From NCBI GenBank assembly GCA_041666545.1, contig JBAYGS010000001.1, positions 153,942-217,941 on the forward strand: DNA of 64,000 bases, in the 5' to 3' direction. Positions 56,552-64,000 of the stretch are shown here, piece after piece (the first letter of the stretch is position 1; each line of letters opens with the position of its first letter). Source of the stretch: Minisyncoccota bacterium (GTDB lineage: Bacteria; Patescibacteriota; Minisyncoccia; Phycocordibacterales; JBAYGS01). The notes beneath the pieces are model-generated. The model made no database searches. It saw only the letters and a program-made list of their open reading frames with translations, and was not told the DNA's origin. Both the position numbers and the translations under genes were made by a program.

Positions 56552-57391
56552 CTATTTCACGGCCGGTAATTTAATAGCGAATGTTGCCCCTTTCCCAACT
56601 CCTTCCGAAAAAACTTCGATTTGGCCGCCGTTTTTTTCAACAATTTTTTTAGCCATAAACAGGCCGATACCAACGCCACCACTGTCGATTTGTTTGGCCT
56701 TGGCGCCACGGAAGAATTTGGAAAACATCGCTGACAGTTCTTCCCTGGAAATGCCGACTCCAGAATCCTTGACCGCAATCGAGACCAGCTTGTCACTTTG
56801 GGAAACCGTAATGCCGATCGAGCCGCCGGCCGGCGTATACATGACGGCGTTTTCCACGACAATCCCAAGAGCAAAAGTGAGGCGACGAAAATCGCCAACA
56901 ATTCGAGAGGTGACGAGTTCACGAATATGCAAATCGATTTTTTTCTTTTTAATTTGGTAATCCAGTGTCCCCAAAACACTATCGATTAACTTTCGTGGCT
57001 CAATTTTTTCTGATTTATAAAAATAGGAAGCGCCATTCGCCATCGATAAATCTGAAAGTGCATTCGTGAGTTCCACCAAGCGAGCATTGGCGGTCAAAAT
57101 CTCATCAACCGCCCTTTTGCGTTCGGCCGGGTCATTGGAAAGAGCCAAATTTTCGGCCGACCATTTGATATATGTGAGCGGAGTTCGAAATTTGTGAGCC
57201 ACCACAGTGATAAACTCATATTTCAAGAGATCAGCTTTTTTCTGGCGATGCCAAATCAGCAAACTGATGACGGTCGTTAAAACTAGCGCCAGTGGCAATG
57301 CCAACCAGCTTGAAAAATCTCTCCAGTAATCGGCAGAGGCGACTGTGGCCAATAGCTCATTCCCGTTTTTGATTAAAAAATCTAGTCCCAT
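56552..57391 (-). CDS. sensor histidine kinase (orphan; no adjacent response regulator)
   Basis: N-terminal TM region, HisKA H-box FITVVAHKFRTPLTYIKW, and HATPase_c N/G boxes (NAVMYTPAGG, GVGIGL). Confidence 0.8.
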   Translation of the reverse strand: MGLDFLIKNGNELLATVASADYWRDFSSWLALPLALVLTTVISLLIWHRQKKADLLKYEFITVVAHKFRTPLTYIKWSAENLALSNDPAERKRAVDEILTANARLVELTNALSDLSMANGASYFYKSEKIEPRKLIDSVLGTLDYQIKKKKIDLHIRELVTSRIVGDFRRLTFALGIVVENAVMYTPAGGSIGITVSQSDKLVSIAVKDSGVGISREELSAMFSKFFRGAKAKQIDSGGVGIGLFMAKKIVEKNGGQIEVFSEGVGKGATFAIKLPAVK

Positions 57392-57411
57392 GAAGTTTTT
57401 AAAAGAACCGC

Positions 57412-57606
57412 TTAGTTGTCACCTTTACCGGCCGGAGAATCGTCGGATATCCCTCGACTGGCCAAACGACCGATTGATTCGTGCTTACCGTCAGCACACT
57501 TACATTCCATTAATGGCTTGCCGGTTTTTTCGCAACTAGAAGAATCGCAGATACCGGGCAAAACCGACTCGCTTCCACAGAGACCCTTACACACATAATG
57601 AGTCAT
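57412..57606 (-). CDS. possible Cys-rich small protein (64 aa)
   Basis: 8 Cys (YVCKGLCGSE...CDSSSCEKTGKPLMECKCADGKHE). No clear RBS. Lies immediately upstream of the histidine kinase. Confidence 0.2.
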   Translation of the reverse strand: MTHYVCKGLCGSESVLPGICDSSSCEKTGKPLMECKCADGKHESIGRLASRGISDDSPAGKGDN

Positions 57607-57642
57607 AAACTAAAACTAAGTTTGTAATGAAAATATTATATC

Positions 57643-57761
57643 ATCCCGTTAGAGATTGGTCATTCAGAATGACCAGGAATGTCCAACCGCAATGACACGA
57701 TAAAAATAGTGCGCAGGCGAAGAATATTGACGAGTGACAAAACAACAGATCTCTAACGGGA
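57643..57761 (+). repeat. MITE-like element, copy 3
   Basis: Termini TCCCGTTAGAGAT / ATCTCTAACGGGA. Palindrome GGTCATTCaGAATGACC. Confidence 0.7.
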
Positions 57762-57772
57762 CAGGCTTCAGG

Positions 57773-58492
57773 TTATTGTTTTGGTTGATTCGTTATTTGG
57801 TTATTGGTACTCATGGCTACCCAATCGAGAAGCATTTTGATGGACGGCGCCCGATCGCTCAGATAATTCTTGGCTTGTAAAATCGCCGATAAAGTTTTTT
57901 GGTTTTTGACTACCGACTCCCCCGCCAAATTCTCTTCCAGCAAATTCAAAAATCTGATCGCCAACTGGGCATCTTTTTGCTCAGCCATTTTTTTACTAAT
58001 CTCAAATTTCTGAGCCAAATTGGCTTTCAGAAATTTTTGGACTTCGGGCGACAAATCTTCATCCTTCGTGCCCACGAAAGGCACAATCATCAATCTGGAC
58101 TTAAAGGTTGGCAGCAATCTTTCGACTGAAGGCAAAATCAGAAAAAAATGGGTTTCCCGTGTCGGCTCCTCGAAAACCTTTAGAAGCGCGCTCTGCCCCT
58201 CCCAAGTAATCGACGGGGTTTTCACAATAATTATTTTCTTACCGCCGCCGGCCGATTTTAACAGTTGCCGATTGATGAGCTCCCGACTTTCCTCCACACC
58301 AAAACTCTCGAAATCGGCCTGCCAAAAATCCGGGTTGCCAACTGTCTCGATTTTTAATTCTCCCTCCAAAAATAGTTTGAGATTCTCAAAAATTTCCGGA
58401 GCCGGACCATAAAGGCAGTAGGCGTGGTGAAGCGGTAGGTCCAAAACCAGCCGGGACTTAACCGATTTGTTCGATTGGTTTCGGTTTGTCAT
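57773..58492 (-). CDS. holB: DNA polymerase III delta-prime-like subunit (short; Walker A degenerate)
   Basis: HHAYCLYGPA, LLKVFEEPTRETHFFLIL and SRLMIV motifs. Start chosen at the ATG at 58492 (MTNRNQ). The longer ORF-track start overlaps mreB. Confidence 0.65.
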   Translation of the reverse strand: MTNRNQSNKSVKSRLVLDLPLHHAYCLYGPAPEIFENLKLFLEGELKIETVGNPDFWQADFESFGVEESRELINRQLLKSAGGGKKIIIVKTPSITWEGQSALLKVFEEPTRETHFFLILPSVERLLPTFKSRLMIVPFVGTKDEDLSPEVQKFLKANLAQKFEISKKMAEQKDAQLAIRFLNLLEENLAGESVVKNQKTLSAILQAKNYLSDRAPSIKMLLDWVAMSTNNQITNQPKQ

Positions 58493-58502
58493 TTTCAAAG
58501 AA

Positions 58503-59516
58503 TTAGCGCTTGGCGATAATCGATTTCTTGTAGGTATCCAGGTGTTCGAGCGCAATACCGGTGCCTTTGGCAACGCAGTAGAGTGCGTCGTCGGCCAAAA
58601 TGGCCTTCACGCCAGTTCGGCGAAAAACCAGCTCCGGCAAATTGCGTAATTGCGAAGACCCGCCGGTCATAATAATGCCCCGGTCGATAATGTCAGCAGC
58701 AAGTTCCGGCGGAGTCTCCTGCAACACATCCTTGATAGCCTTAATCATGTCGCGCAGTTCCTTGGCAATCGCTTTCACGATTTCATTCGTCTTAATTTCC
58801 GTCGAACGAGGCAGGCCCGAAAGAAAATCTCGGCCTTTGATGACAAGGGCGAGCTCCTCCTCAACCAAAACTGCCGAGCCAATTTTAATTTTAATATCTT
58901 CAGCCGTCTGATCACCGATGGCCAAATTGAAAGTTTTTTTAATGTAGTCGGTGATGGCGTAGTCGATTCGGTTGCCGGCACACTTGACCGAAGTTGAGGA
59001 CACGATGCCACCAAGAGAGATCACCGCCACATCAGTGGTGCCTCCACCAATATCAACAATCATGTGGCCGATTGGTTCGTAAATTGGAATTCCCGCCCCG
59101 ATTGCCGCCAAAATCGGCTCCTTCACAACATAAGCATTTTTGGCGCCAGCTTTAATTGCCGCTTCAATAACCGCGCGCCTTTCAGTCGAGGTGACACCAG
59201 CCGGCACAGAGACCATTACTTCCGGTCGGAAAAAGTTGAAGGGGCCGAGAGCTTTGTCGATAAAATAACGGAGCATCGCTTCTGTCACGCGATAATCGGC
59301 AATCACACCATCTTTCATTGGTCGGTAAGCAATAATCGACTCCGGAGTTTTGCCGATCATATTTTTGGCCTCAACTCCGACCGCCAAAATTTTATTATCT
59401 TGCTCCGAAACCGCCACTACCGACGGCTCCATTAGCACAATCCCTTTGCCCGGCACAAAAACCAAGGTGTTGGCTGTACCCAAGTCAATTCCAAGTTTTT
59501 TGGAGAAAAATGACAC
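58503..59516 (-). CDS. mreB: rod shape-determining protein MreB
   Basis: LGIDLGTANTLVF, DIGGGTTDVAVISLGG and the actin-fold MreB family. Confidence 0.95.
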   Translation of the reverse strand: MSFFSKKLGIDLGTANTLVFVPGKGIVLMEPSVVAVSEQDNKILAVGVEAKNMIGKTPESIIAYRPMKDGVIADYRVTEAMLRYFIDKALGPFNFFRPEVMVSVPAGVTSTERRAVIEAAIKAGAKNAYVVKEPILAAIGAGIPIYEPIGHMIVDIGGGTTDVAVISLGGIVSSTSVKCAGNRIDYAITDYIKKTFNLAIGDQTAEDIKIKIGSAVLVEEELALVIKGRDFLSGLPRSTEIKTNEIVKAIAKELRDMIKAIKDVLQETPPELAADIIDRGIIMTGGSSQLRNLPELVFRRTGVKAILADDALYCVAKGTGIALEHLDTYKKSIIAKR

Positions 59517-59523
59517 GAGAAAA

Positions 59524-59559
59524 AAGTATTAGGTATACGGTATATAGTATATGGTATAC
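59524..59559 (+). promoter_or_regulatory. conserved promoter-like motif, copy C (aagtattaGGTATACGGTATATAGTATATGGTATA)
   Basis: Matches the copy at 11570..11607 at about 34 of 38 positions. Plus-oriented toward MITE copy 4 and ORF 59758..60237. Confidence 0.45.
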
Positions 59560-59577
59560 AGAGAATTTTAATACTTG

Positions 59578-59699
59578 ACCCCGTTAGAGATAGGTCGTCT
59601 TCTAAAGACGACCGTGGCTACTCTCAGCATCTATCAAACTGTGTAAAGACTTTAATTACCCAGCCACGGCCATTCCTAACAACAAATCTCTAACGGGGT
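59578..59699 (+). repeat. MITE-like element, copy 4
   Basis: 14 bp termini ACCCCGTTAGAGAT / ATCTCTAACGGGGT. Palindrome GGTCGTCTTctaAAGACGACC. An internal second inverted repeat ccgtggct/agccacgg is also present. Confidence 0.7.
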
Positions 59700-59757
59700 T
59701 GACAACGGCCCGCAAATATCGATAATCGCTTTAGACAACCTGAACCAAAGGAAGCTT

Positions 59758-60237
59758 ATGACAGAAATAGCGCCGCGATCCCGACTGTTCGGTATACCAA
59801 TCTGGCACCACCTCCATAGTGGTAAATGCCAAGTCAAAACTCTTGACTTGGCAAACAAACAGCTGGTCATTGAGGCCAGCGTCGCCAACTTAACAATTCG
59901 ACTTCGCCCTGATGCCACCCCAGCTTACCGTTGGCTGGTCACTTGGCTGGTCAGGCACAGTCGGGAGGAATTTGACACTGGCACCCGAATTTTCAGTGAC
60001 AAAGACATGAAGGGGGCATTTTTGACGGACGGTCAGATAGAATTCGGCGAAATGCTCATCACCGAGCACGGAGGCAGTTCCGCCCACCAAGGGCATTACC
60101 TGCGTTTCAGAAAGTACCTCAATATTCCGGGTCCCGGCACCGGATATGACGGGGACCCGAACATTTCGATCGAAGTGGATGAAGCCATCAAGTCTGCTGT
60201 CCAACAGCTACTCGAAAGTGCCCGCCCAAAACAGTAA
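59758..60237 (+). CDS. hypothetical protein (159 aa), GC-richer
   Basis: Followed by a terminator. No recognised family. Confidence 0.45.
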   Translation: MTEIAPRSRLFGIPIWHHLHSGKCQVKTLDLANKQLVIEASVANLTIRLRPDATPAYRWLVTWLVRHSREEFDTGTRIFSDKDMKGAFLTDGQIEFGEMLITEHGGSSAHQGHYLRFRKYLNIPGPGTGYDGDPNISIEVDEAIKSAVQQLLESARPKQ

Positions 60238-60243
60238 GCCCCC

Positions 60244-60272
60244 AGCCGCGCTCGCAACGAGCGCGGCTTTTA
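60244..60272 (+). terminator. rho-independent terminator
   Basis: agccgcgctcgcaacgagcgcggctttt. Confidence 0.7.
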
Positions 60273-60343
60273 AATTGCTTGACATAAAATTTTAATCTGG
60301 TAAATTGTATTCGGACAGCCGTAAACCCTAACCAAGGCAAATT

Positions 60344-60550
60344 ATGATGAATAAAATCATCTTTTGGCCGATTATATTCCTGGCAATACTCATGATGGGT
60401 GGGGCGTTCTGGTTCTTCGAGGTCCCGACCTATGTGGTCGTGATCATGGTAGGCGCCACCCTGGCAATCCTCATCGCCGCTTTCCTGAAAGGGCGACGCG
60501 AAGGTCAGGACTCCCCAACTCCATGGGAAGTGCCCATCAAAAAATTGTAG
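60344..60550 (+). CDS. small membrane protein (68 aa)
   Basis: Two hydrophobic helices (IIFWPIIFLAILMMGGAFWFF / VVVIMVGATLAILIAAF). A terminator follows. The antisense ORF 60188..60838 is judged spurious. Confidence 0.45.
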   Translation: MMNKIIFWPIIFLAILMMGGAFWFFEVPTYVVVIMVGATLAILIAAFLKGRREGQDSPTPWEVPIKKL

Positions 60551-60560
60551 CAAGTCCCCA

Positions 60561-60591
60561 AGCCCTCCCCACCCGGAGGGCTTTTCTTTTT
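60561..60591 (+). terminator. rho-independent terminator
   Basis: agccctccccacccggagggcttttctttttc. Confidence 0.7.
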
Positions 60592-60663
60592 CCCCAATTT
60601 TTACCCCTATAATTAATATAGCGTCTATGCTATATTGTATGTATAAAACATTAGACATAAAAC

Positions 60664-62190
60664 ATGAAACATCAGAAAAAAGATAAAACCCTGGCCTCCT
60701 TAGGAAAATTGATTCAAAACCTGCGAGAAGAGCGGGGCATTTCCCAGGAAGAGCTGGCTCAGAAAATTGGCACCACCCAGAGTGCCATCGCCAGACTCGA
60801 ATCCGGCTCGCAAAACATTTCGGCCGGAACACTTTCAAAAATTAGTGCCGCTTTGGAACGAAATTTAATTGAGCTATCGAAGGGGCGACTTGATGTCCAA
60901 ATTCAAGGCGCTTCTCCCCTTTCCGGCACCATCCAAACTAAAACCTCTAAAAATGCGGCCGTCGGTTTGCTCTGCGCTTCCCTCTTAAACCGCGGCAAGA
61001 CAACCTTGAGAAATGTCCCAAAAATTGAGGAGGTCAACCGCATTATCGAAGTACTCACCAGCCTTGATATTAAAGTTCGTTGGCAAAACAGTGATTTGGA
61101 AATTGAGCCGCCACAGAATTTCAATATCAAAAATTTTGATATCGAGGCCGGCACCAAGACCCGGAGCATTATTATGCTCATCGGCCCACTCATCCACTTT
61201 TTGAAGAAATTCTCCTTGCCTCACGTTGGCGGTTGCCGTTTGGGCGCCCGCACCATCGCGCCTCATGTTTTCGCCCTGGAAAAACTTGGTGTGAAAATCG
61301 AGACAAAATCAAAAGAGTACCGAATCAGTCAGAAAAAGTTGAAGCCCAATTATATCGTTCTCTACGAGACCGGCGATACGGTGACTGAAAATGTTTTAAT
61401 GGCGGCCGCGCTCATTCCCAGCAAAACCACGATTCGGTTCGCCTCGGCCAACTATCAAGTCCAGGATGTTTGCTTTTTCCTGCAGGCCCTCGGGGTCAAA
61501 GTCGAAGGTATCGGCACCTCGACTCTGATTGTGCACGGTCTCAAGGAAATCAAAAAGGATGTCGAGTATTCGATTAGTGAGGACCCGATTGACTCAATGT
61601 TCTTTATCGCGGCCGCCGCTACCACCAAATCGAATATCACAATTACCCGCGCCCCGATCGACTTTTTGGAAATTGAGCTTCTGAAACTCGAAAAAATGGG
61701 TTTTCGCTTTAAAATCTCCAAACGCTACAAGGCCCGAAATGGTGAGACTGATTTAGTTGATATCACCACCTATCCATCAAAATTGACCGCCCCGCCCGAC
61801 AAAATTGAGGCCCGACCTTATCCTGGGCTCAACATCGACAACTTGCCATTTTTCGCCGTCATCGCGACCCAAGCGAGGGGTCAGACCTTGATTCACGACT
61901 GGGTCTACGAGGAGCGCGCCATCTATTACAAGGAGCTCGACAAATTGCGTGCTGATACAATTTTGGCCGACCCGCATCGACTTTTTGTGAATGGACCGAC
62001 CAAATTGAAAGCAGCTGAAGTAGTCTGTCCGCCGGCGCTTCGTCCGGCCGCCATTATCCTAATCGGCATGCTCGCCGCCGAAGGTACTTCGATTTTACGA
62101 AACATTTACAGCATCAATCGTGGCTATGAAGACATCGTCAAGCGACTGCAAAGCCTCGGCGCAAAAATAAAAATTTTGAGAGAGATCTAA
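60664..62190 (+). CDS. murA: UDP-N-acetylglucosamine 1-carboxyvinyltransferase with an N-terminal XRE-family HTH domain fused
   Basis: Residues ~10-75 are LASLGKLIQNLREERGISQEELAQKIGTTQSAIARLESGSQNISAGTLSKISAAL, a Cro/C1-type HTH. The remainder is a full MurA (KNAAVGLLCASLL..., catalytic-loop GGCRLGARTI). Confidence 0.85.
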   Translation: MKHQKKDKTLASLGKLIQNLREERGISQEELAQKIGTTQSAIARLESGSQNISAGTLSKISAALERNLIELSKGRLDVQIQGASPLSGTIQTKTSKNAAVGLLCASLLNRGKTTLRNVPKIEEVNRIIEVLTSLDIKVRWQNSDLEIEPPQNFNIKNFDIEAGTKTRSIIMLIGPLIHFLKKFSLPHVGGCRLGARTIAPHVFALEKLGVKIETKSKEYRISQKKLKPNYIVLYETGDTVTENVLMAAALIPSKTTIRFASANYQVQDVCFFLQALGVKVEGIGTSTLIVHGLKEIKKDVEYSISEDPIDSMFFIAAAATTKSNITITRAPIDFLEIELLKLEKMGFRFKISKRYKARNGETDLVDITTYPSKLTAPPDKIEARPYPGLNIDNLPFFAVIATQARGQTLIHDWVYEERAIYYKELDKLRADTILADPHRLFVNGPTKLKAAEVVCPPALRPAAIILIGMLAAEGTSILRNIYSINRGYEDIVKRLQSLGAKIKILREI

Positions 62191-62191
62191 T

Positions 62192-62260
62192 ATCAAGGCT
62201 CAACCTCGCTTAGCGAGGTTGAGCCTTGATAAAAAAGCCCGGCCACAAGAGTGGCCGGGC
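62192..62260. terminator. two tandem stable hairpins after murA
   Basis: The first is a 17 bp perfect stem, atcaaggctcaacctcg ctta gcgaggttgagccttgat. Then aaaaaa, then gcccggccacaagagtggccgggc. Confidence 0.6.
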
Positions 62261-62525
62261 AAACAAATCCTAGAACGCGGTTCACGAACTTCCTCCACAC
62301 TTTCCCTAAGCTCAAAGCTGGCAACTTGCCCGTCGCAATGTTCACAGCAGAGGCAAAATTCATCATGGTAGGCCCTAAGTTGCATCACCAGAACCAGTTT
62401 TCCTAAAACCGGGCAATCGTGGAGAGGCCGATGGTAAACTTTAATCATAGTCATAAGCAAGTCCTTCTGTTATTAGAATATCCCAAGAAGTTGAAATCAG
62501 TCAATATTTCTGCGACTATAGTGCC

Positions 62526-64000
62526 ATGGACCAAACAGAATCAGTCGGGCTCAAATTGATCAAGGTCATACCCATCTCCAAAACGACCGGCCTTGAGGCG
62601 CTCTCCTATTTCACCTCCAAGGACTTGACTGTCGGCACAATCGTTTCTGTCCCTCTTCGCAAAAAGCTAATACCAGCCATCGTTGCCGAGGTTGAGAACG
62701 CGAGTGACGCGAGAGCTGAACTGCGCTCGGCTGGATTTGAAATTAAAAAACTGGCAAAAATCGGAGCCAAAGGTGGTCTGCCGGAAGCTTTTATCAAGGC
62801 CAGCAAAGCCGTGGCGACCGATCTTTCCGCGACAACCGGTTCGGTTTTAAACACCGCCGTCGCGCCAATTATTTTGGAAAAGCTAGTTAAAGATAAGGCC
62901 AAAGGAAAAATCGGCGCTTCGACCAACAAGTCTCGTCCACACACAGAACAGCTCGTCATTCAAGCGGATGATGAAGAAAGACTTTCGCACTATAAAAGTT
63001 TGATTCGCGAGGAATTCGCCAAAAAATCTTCAGTTTTTCTTTGCTTACCCACCAGCTTCGAGGCCCAGGCTCTTTATGACATTCTCGAAAGGGGCATTAA
63101 GAATTTTGTCTTTTTGCTGCACTCCGGATTACCCAAAAAAGACTTACTGGAGACTTGGAACAAACTTGAGGCCGAAGCCCATTCAGTTTTAATTATCGGC
63201 ACCGCCAACTTTCTAGCCGTACCCAGAGACGATATCGGCACTATCATTTTTGAAAAGGAAAGCTCCAAATCATATATGTCGCAGGCCCGACCCTACTTGG
63301 ATTTTCGCTTGTTAGCCGAAGCTTTCGCCAAGGAAAATAAGACTCGCTTGATTCTCGGCGACTCGCTGCTCCGAATCGAAACTATTTGGCGCACCAAGGG
63401 CGGCGAACTCGTTGAGTATACACCGCTCAAATTTCGCTCACTTTCCACTGCCAGCACGAAATTAGTCAACCTTAAGCGCCAGGGCGATGGCACGGAAAAG
63501 ACTTTTTCTGTTCTTGGTGATGAGCTAATTGATCTCGTCAACCGGAGTCGCAACAATAACGACCGGCTTTTTATTTTTTCTGCTCGGCGAGGCTTGGCGC
63601 CACAAACGGTTTGTAGCGACTGTGGCACAACCGTGATGTGCGAGCACTGCCAAGCTCCGGTAATCCTTTATTCATCGGCCAGAAGCAATTTCTTCCTTTG
63701 TCATCGTTGCGGAACAAAGCGCAGTGCTGAAGAAACATGCAAAAATTGCAGCAGCTGGCGTCTCAAACCACTTGGCATCGGAGTCGACCGGGTCGAAGCC
63801 GAAATCACCGCCCACTTCCCAGATGCCAATATTTTCAAGATTAGCAAAGACAAGACCAAGACCCAGAAGCAGGCCGCCGAAGTGGCCAAAAAATTTTACG
63901 CTTCGCCCGGCAGTATTCTTTTGGGCACAGAGATGGCACTGACCTATCTCGACCAGAAAATCGAAAACTGTGCGGTAGCTTCGCTTGACGCCTTATTTGC
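62526..64000 (+). CDS. priA: primosomal protein N' (PriA)-like, partial at the window end, with degenerate ATPase motifs
   Basis: N-terminal 3'-DNA-binding-like region. The helicase-core layout is present but Walker A and DExH are not conserved (IIFEKESSKSYMSQ where IVDEEHDxSYKQ is expected). A Cys-rich Zn-binding insert is present (CSDCGTTVMCEHC...CHRCG...CKNC). The ORF runs off the window. Confidence 0.6.
   Translation, partial: MDQTESVGLKLIKVIPISKTTGLEALSYFTSKDLTVGTIVSVPLRKKLIPAIVAEVENASDARAELRSAGFEIKKLAKIGAKGGLPEAFIKASKAVATDLSATTGSVLNTAVAPIILEKLVKDKAKGKIGASTNKSRPHTEQLVIQADDEERLSHYKSLIREEFAKKSSVFLCLPTSFEAQALYDILERGIKNFVFLLHSGLPKKDLLETWNKLEAEAHSVLIIGTANFLAVPRDDIGTIIFEKESSKSYMSQARPYLDFRLLAEAFAKENKTRLILGDSLLRIETIWRTKGGELVEYTPLKFRSLSTASTKLVNLKRQGDGTEKTFSVLGDELIDLVNRSRNNNDRLFIFSARRGLAPQTVCSDCGTTVMCEHCQAPVILYSSARSNFFLCHRCGTKRSAEETCKNCSSWRLKPLGIGVDRVEAEITAHFPDANIFKISKDKTKTQKQAAEVAKKFYASPGSILLGTEMALTYLDQKIENCAVASLDALF

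Noticed and set aside
60188-60838. 216-aa minus-strand ORF
   Set aside because: It is antisense to the murA N-terminus and to a small membrane-protein gene that has its own terminator. It has no RBS or family.
62200-62454. Cys-rich 84-aa minus-strand ORF with a good GAAGGA RBS
   Set aside because: Its reading frame runs straight through the two stable hairpins and the T-run that follow murA (62192..62260), which look like terminators, so the C-terminal half is probably not translated. It is left unannotated, though a shorter real peptide cannot be excluded.

Overview
This 64 kb window reads as a compact, gene-dense bacterial chromosome segment with moderate GC and the standard genetic code. 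TGA acts as a stop: the dnaB stop overlaps the recR start as ATGA. Gene content is housekeeping-dominated and looks like a reduced-genome organism, possibly CPR/Patescibacteria-like (inference only). Recognisable genes include rpmA, rplI, rplU, a C-terminal processing protease, leuA, a CorA-family transporter, cysS, dnaB, recR, rmuC, yqeY, uvrB, tgt, an FKBP isomerase, a LOG-family protein, eno, gpmI, dinB, alaS (short form), pepF, a family-4 UDG, pcm, ogt, mnmA, mltG, leuS, ychF, an orphan histidine kinase, holB, mreB, murA and priA (partial). One tRNA-Pro(CGG) was found. No rRNA and no CRISPR array were seen. Mobile or repetitive DNA consists of an IS30-family element whose transposase carries an in-frame TGA stop, and a family of four ~120 bp MITE-like elements with CCCGTTAGAGAT termini and a GGTC...GACC subterminal palindrome. 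Unusual gene architectures are the main points of interest. LeuS is 1124 aa and carries inserted Nudix-like and ASCH/PUA-like domains. MurA is fused to an N-terminal XRE-type HTH. A minus-strand operon combines repair enzymes (UDG, HD hydrolase, Pcm, Ogt) with a Cas4-like Fe-S PD-(D/E)XK nuclease, a sigma-region-4-like HTH protein and an ATP-cone/Mrr-like nuclease. PriA has degenerate ATPase motifs. A protein with a winged-helix N-terminus and a Cas2/VapD-like C-terminus lies far from any CRISPR array. A GC-richer divergent gene pair flanks a perfect 41 bp palindrome. Many small, well-punctuated genes (promoter, RBS, terminator) of unknown function and several conserved promoter-like and palindromic motifs are also present. 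All calls come from reading the sequence and the ORF translations by eye; no database searches were run.
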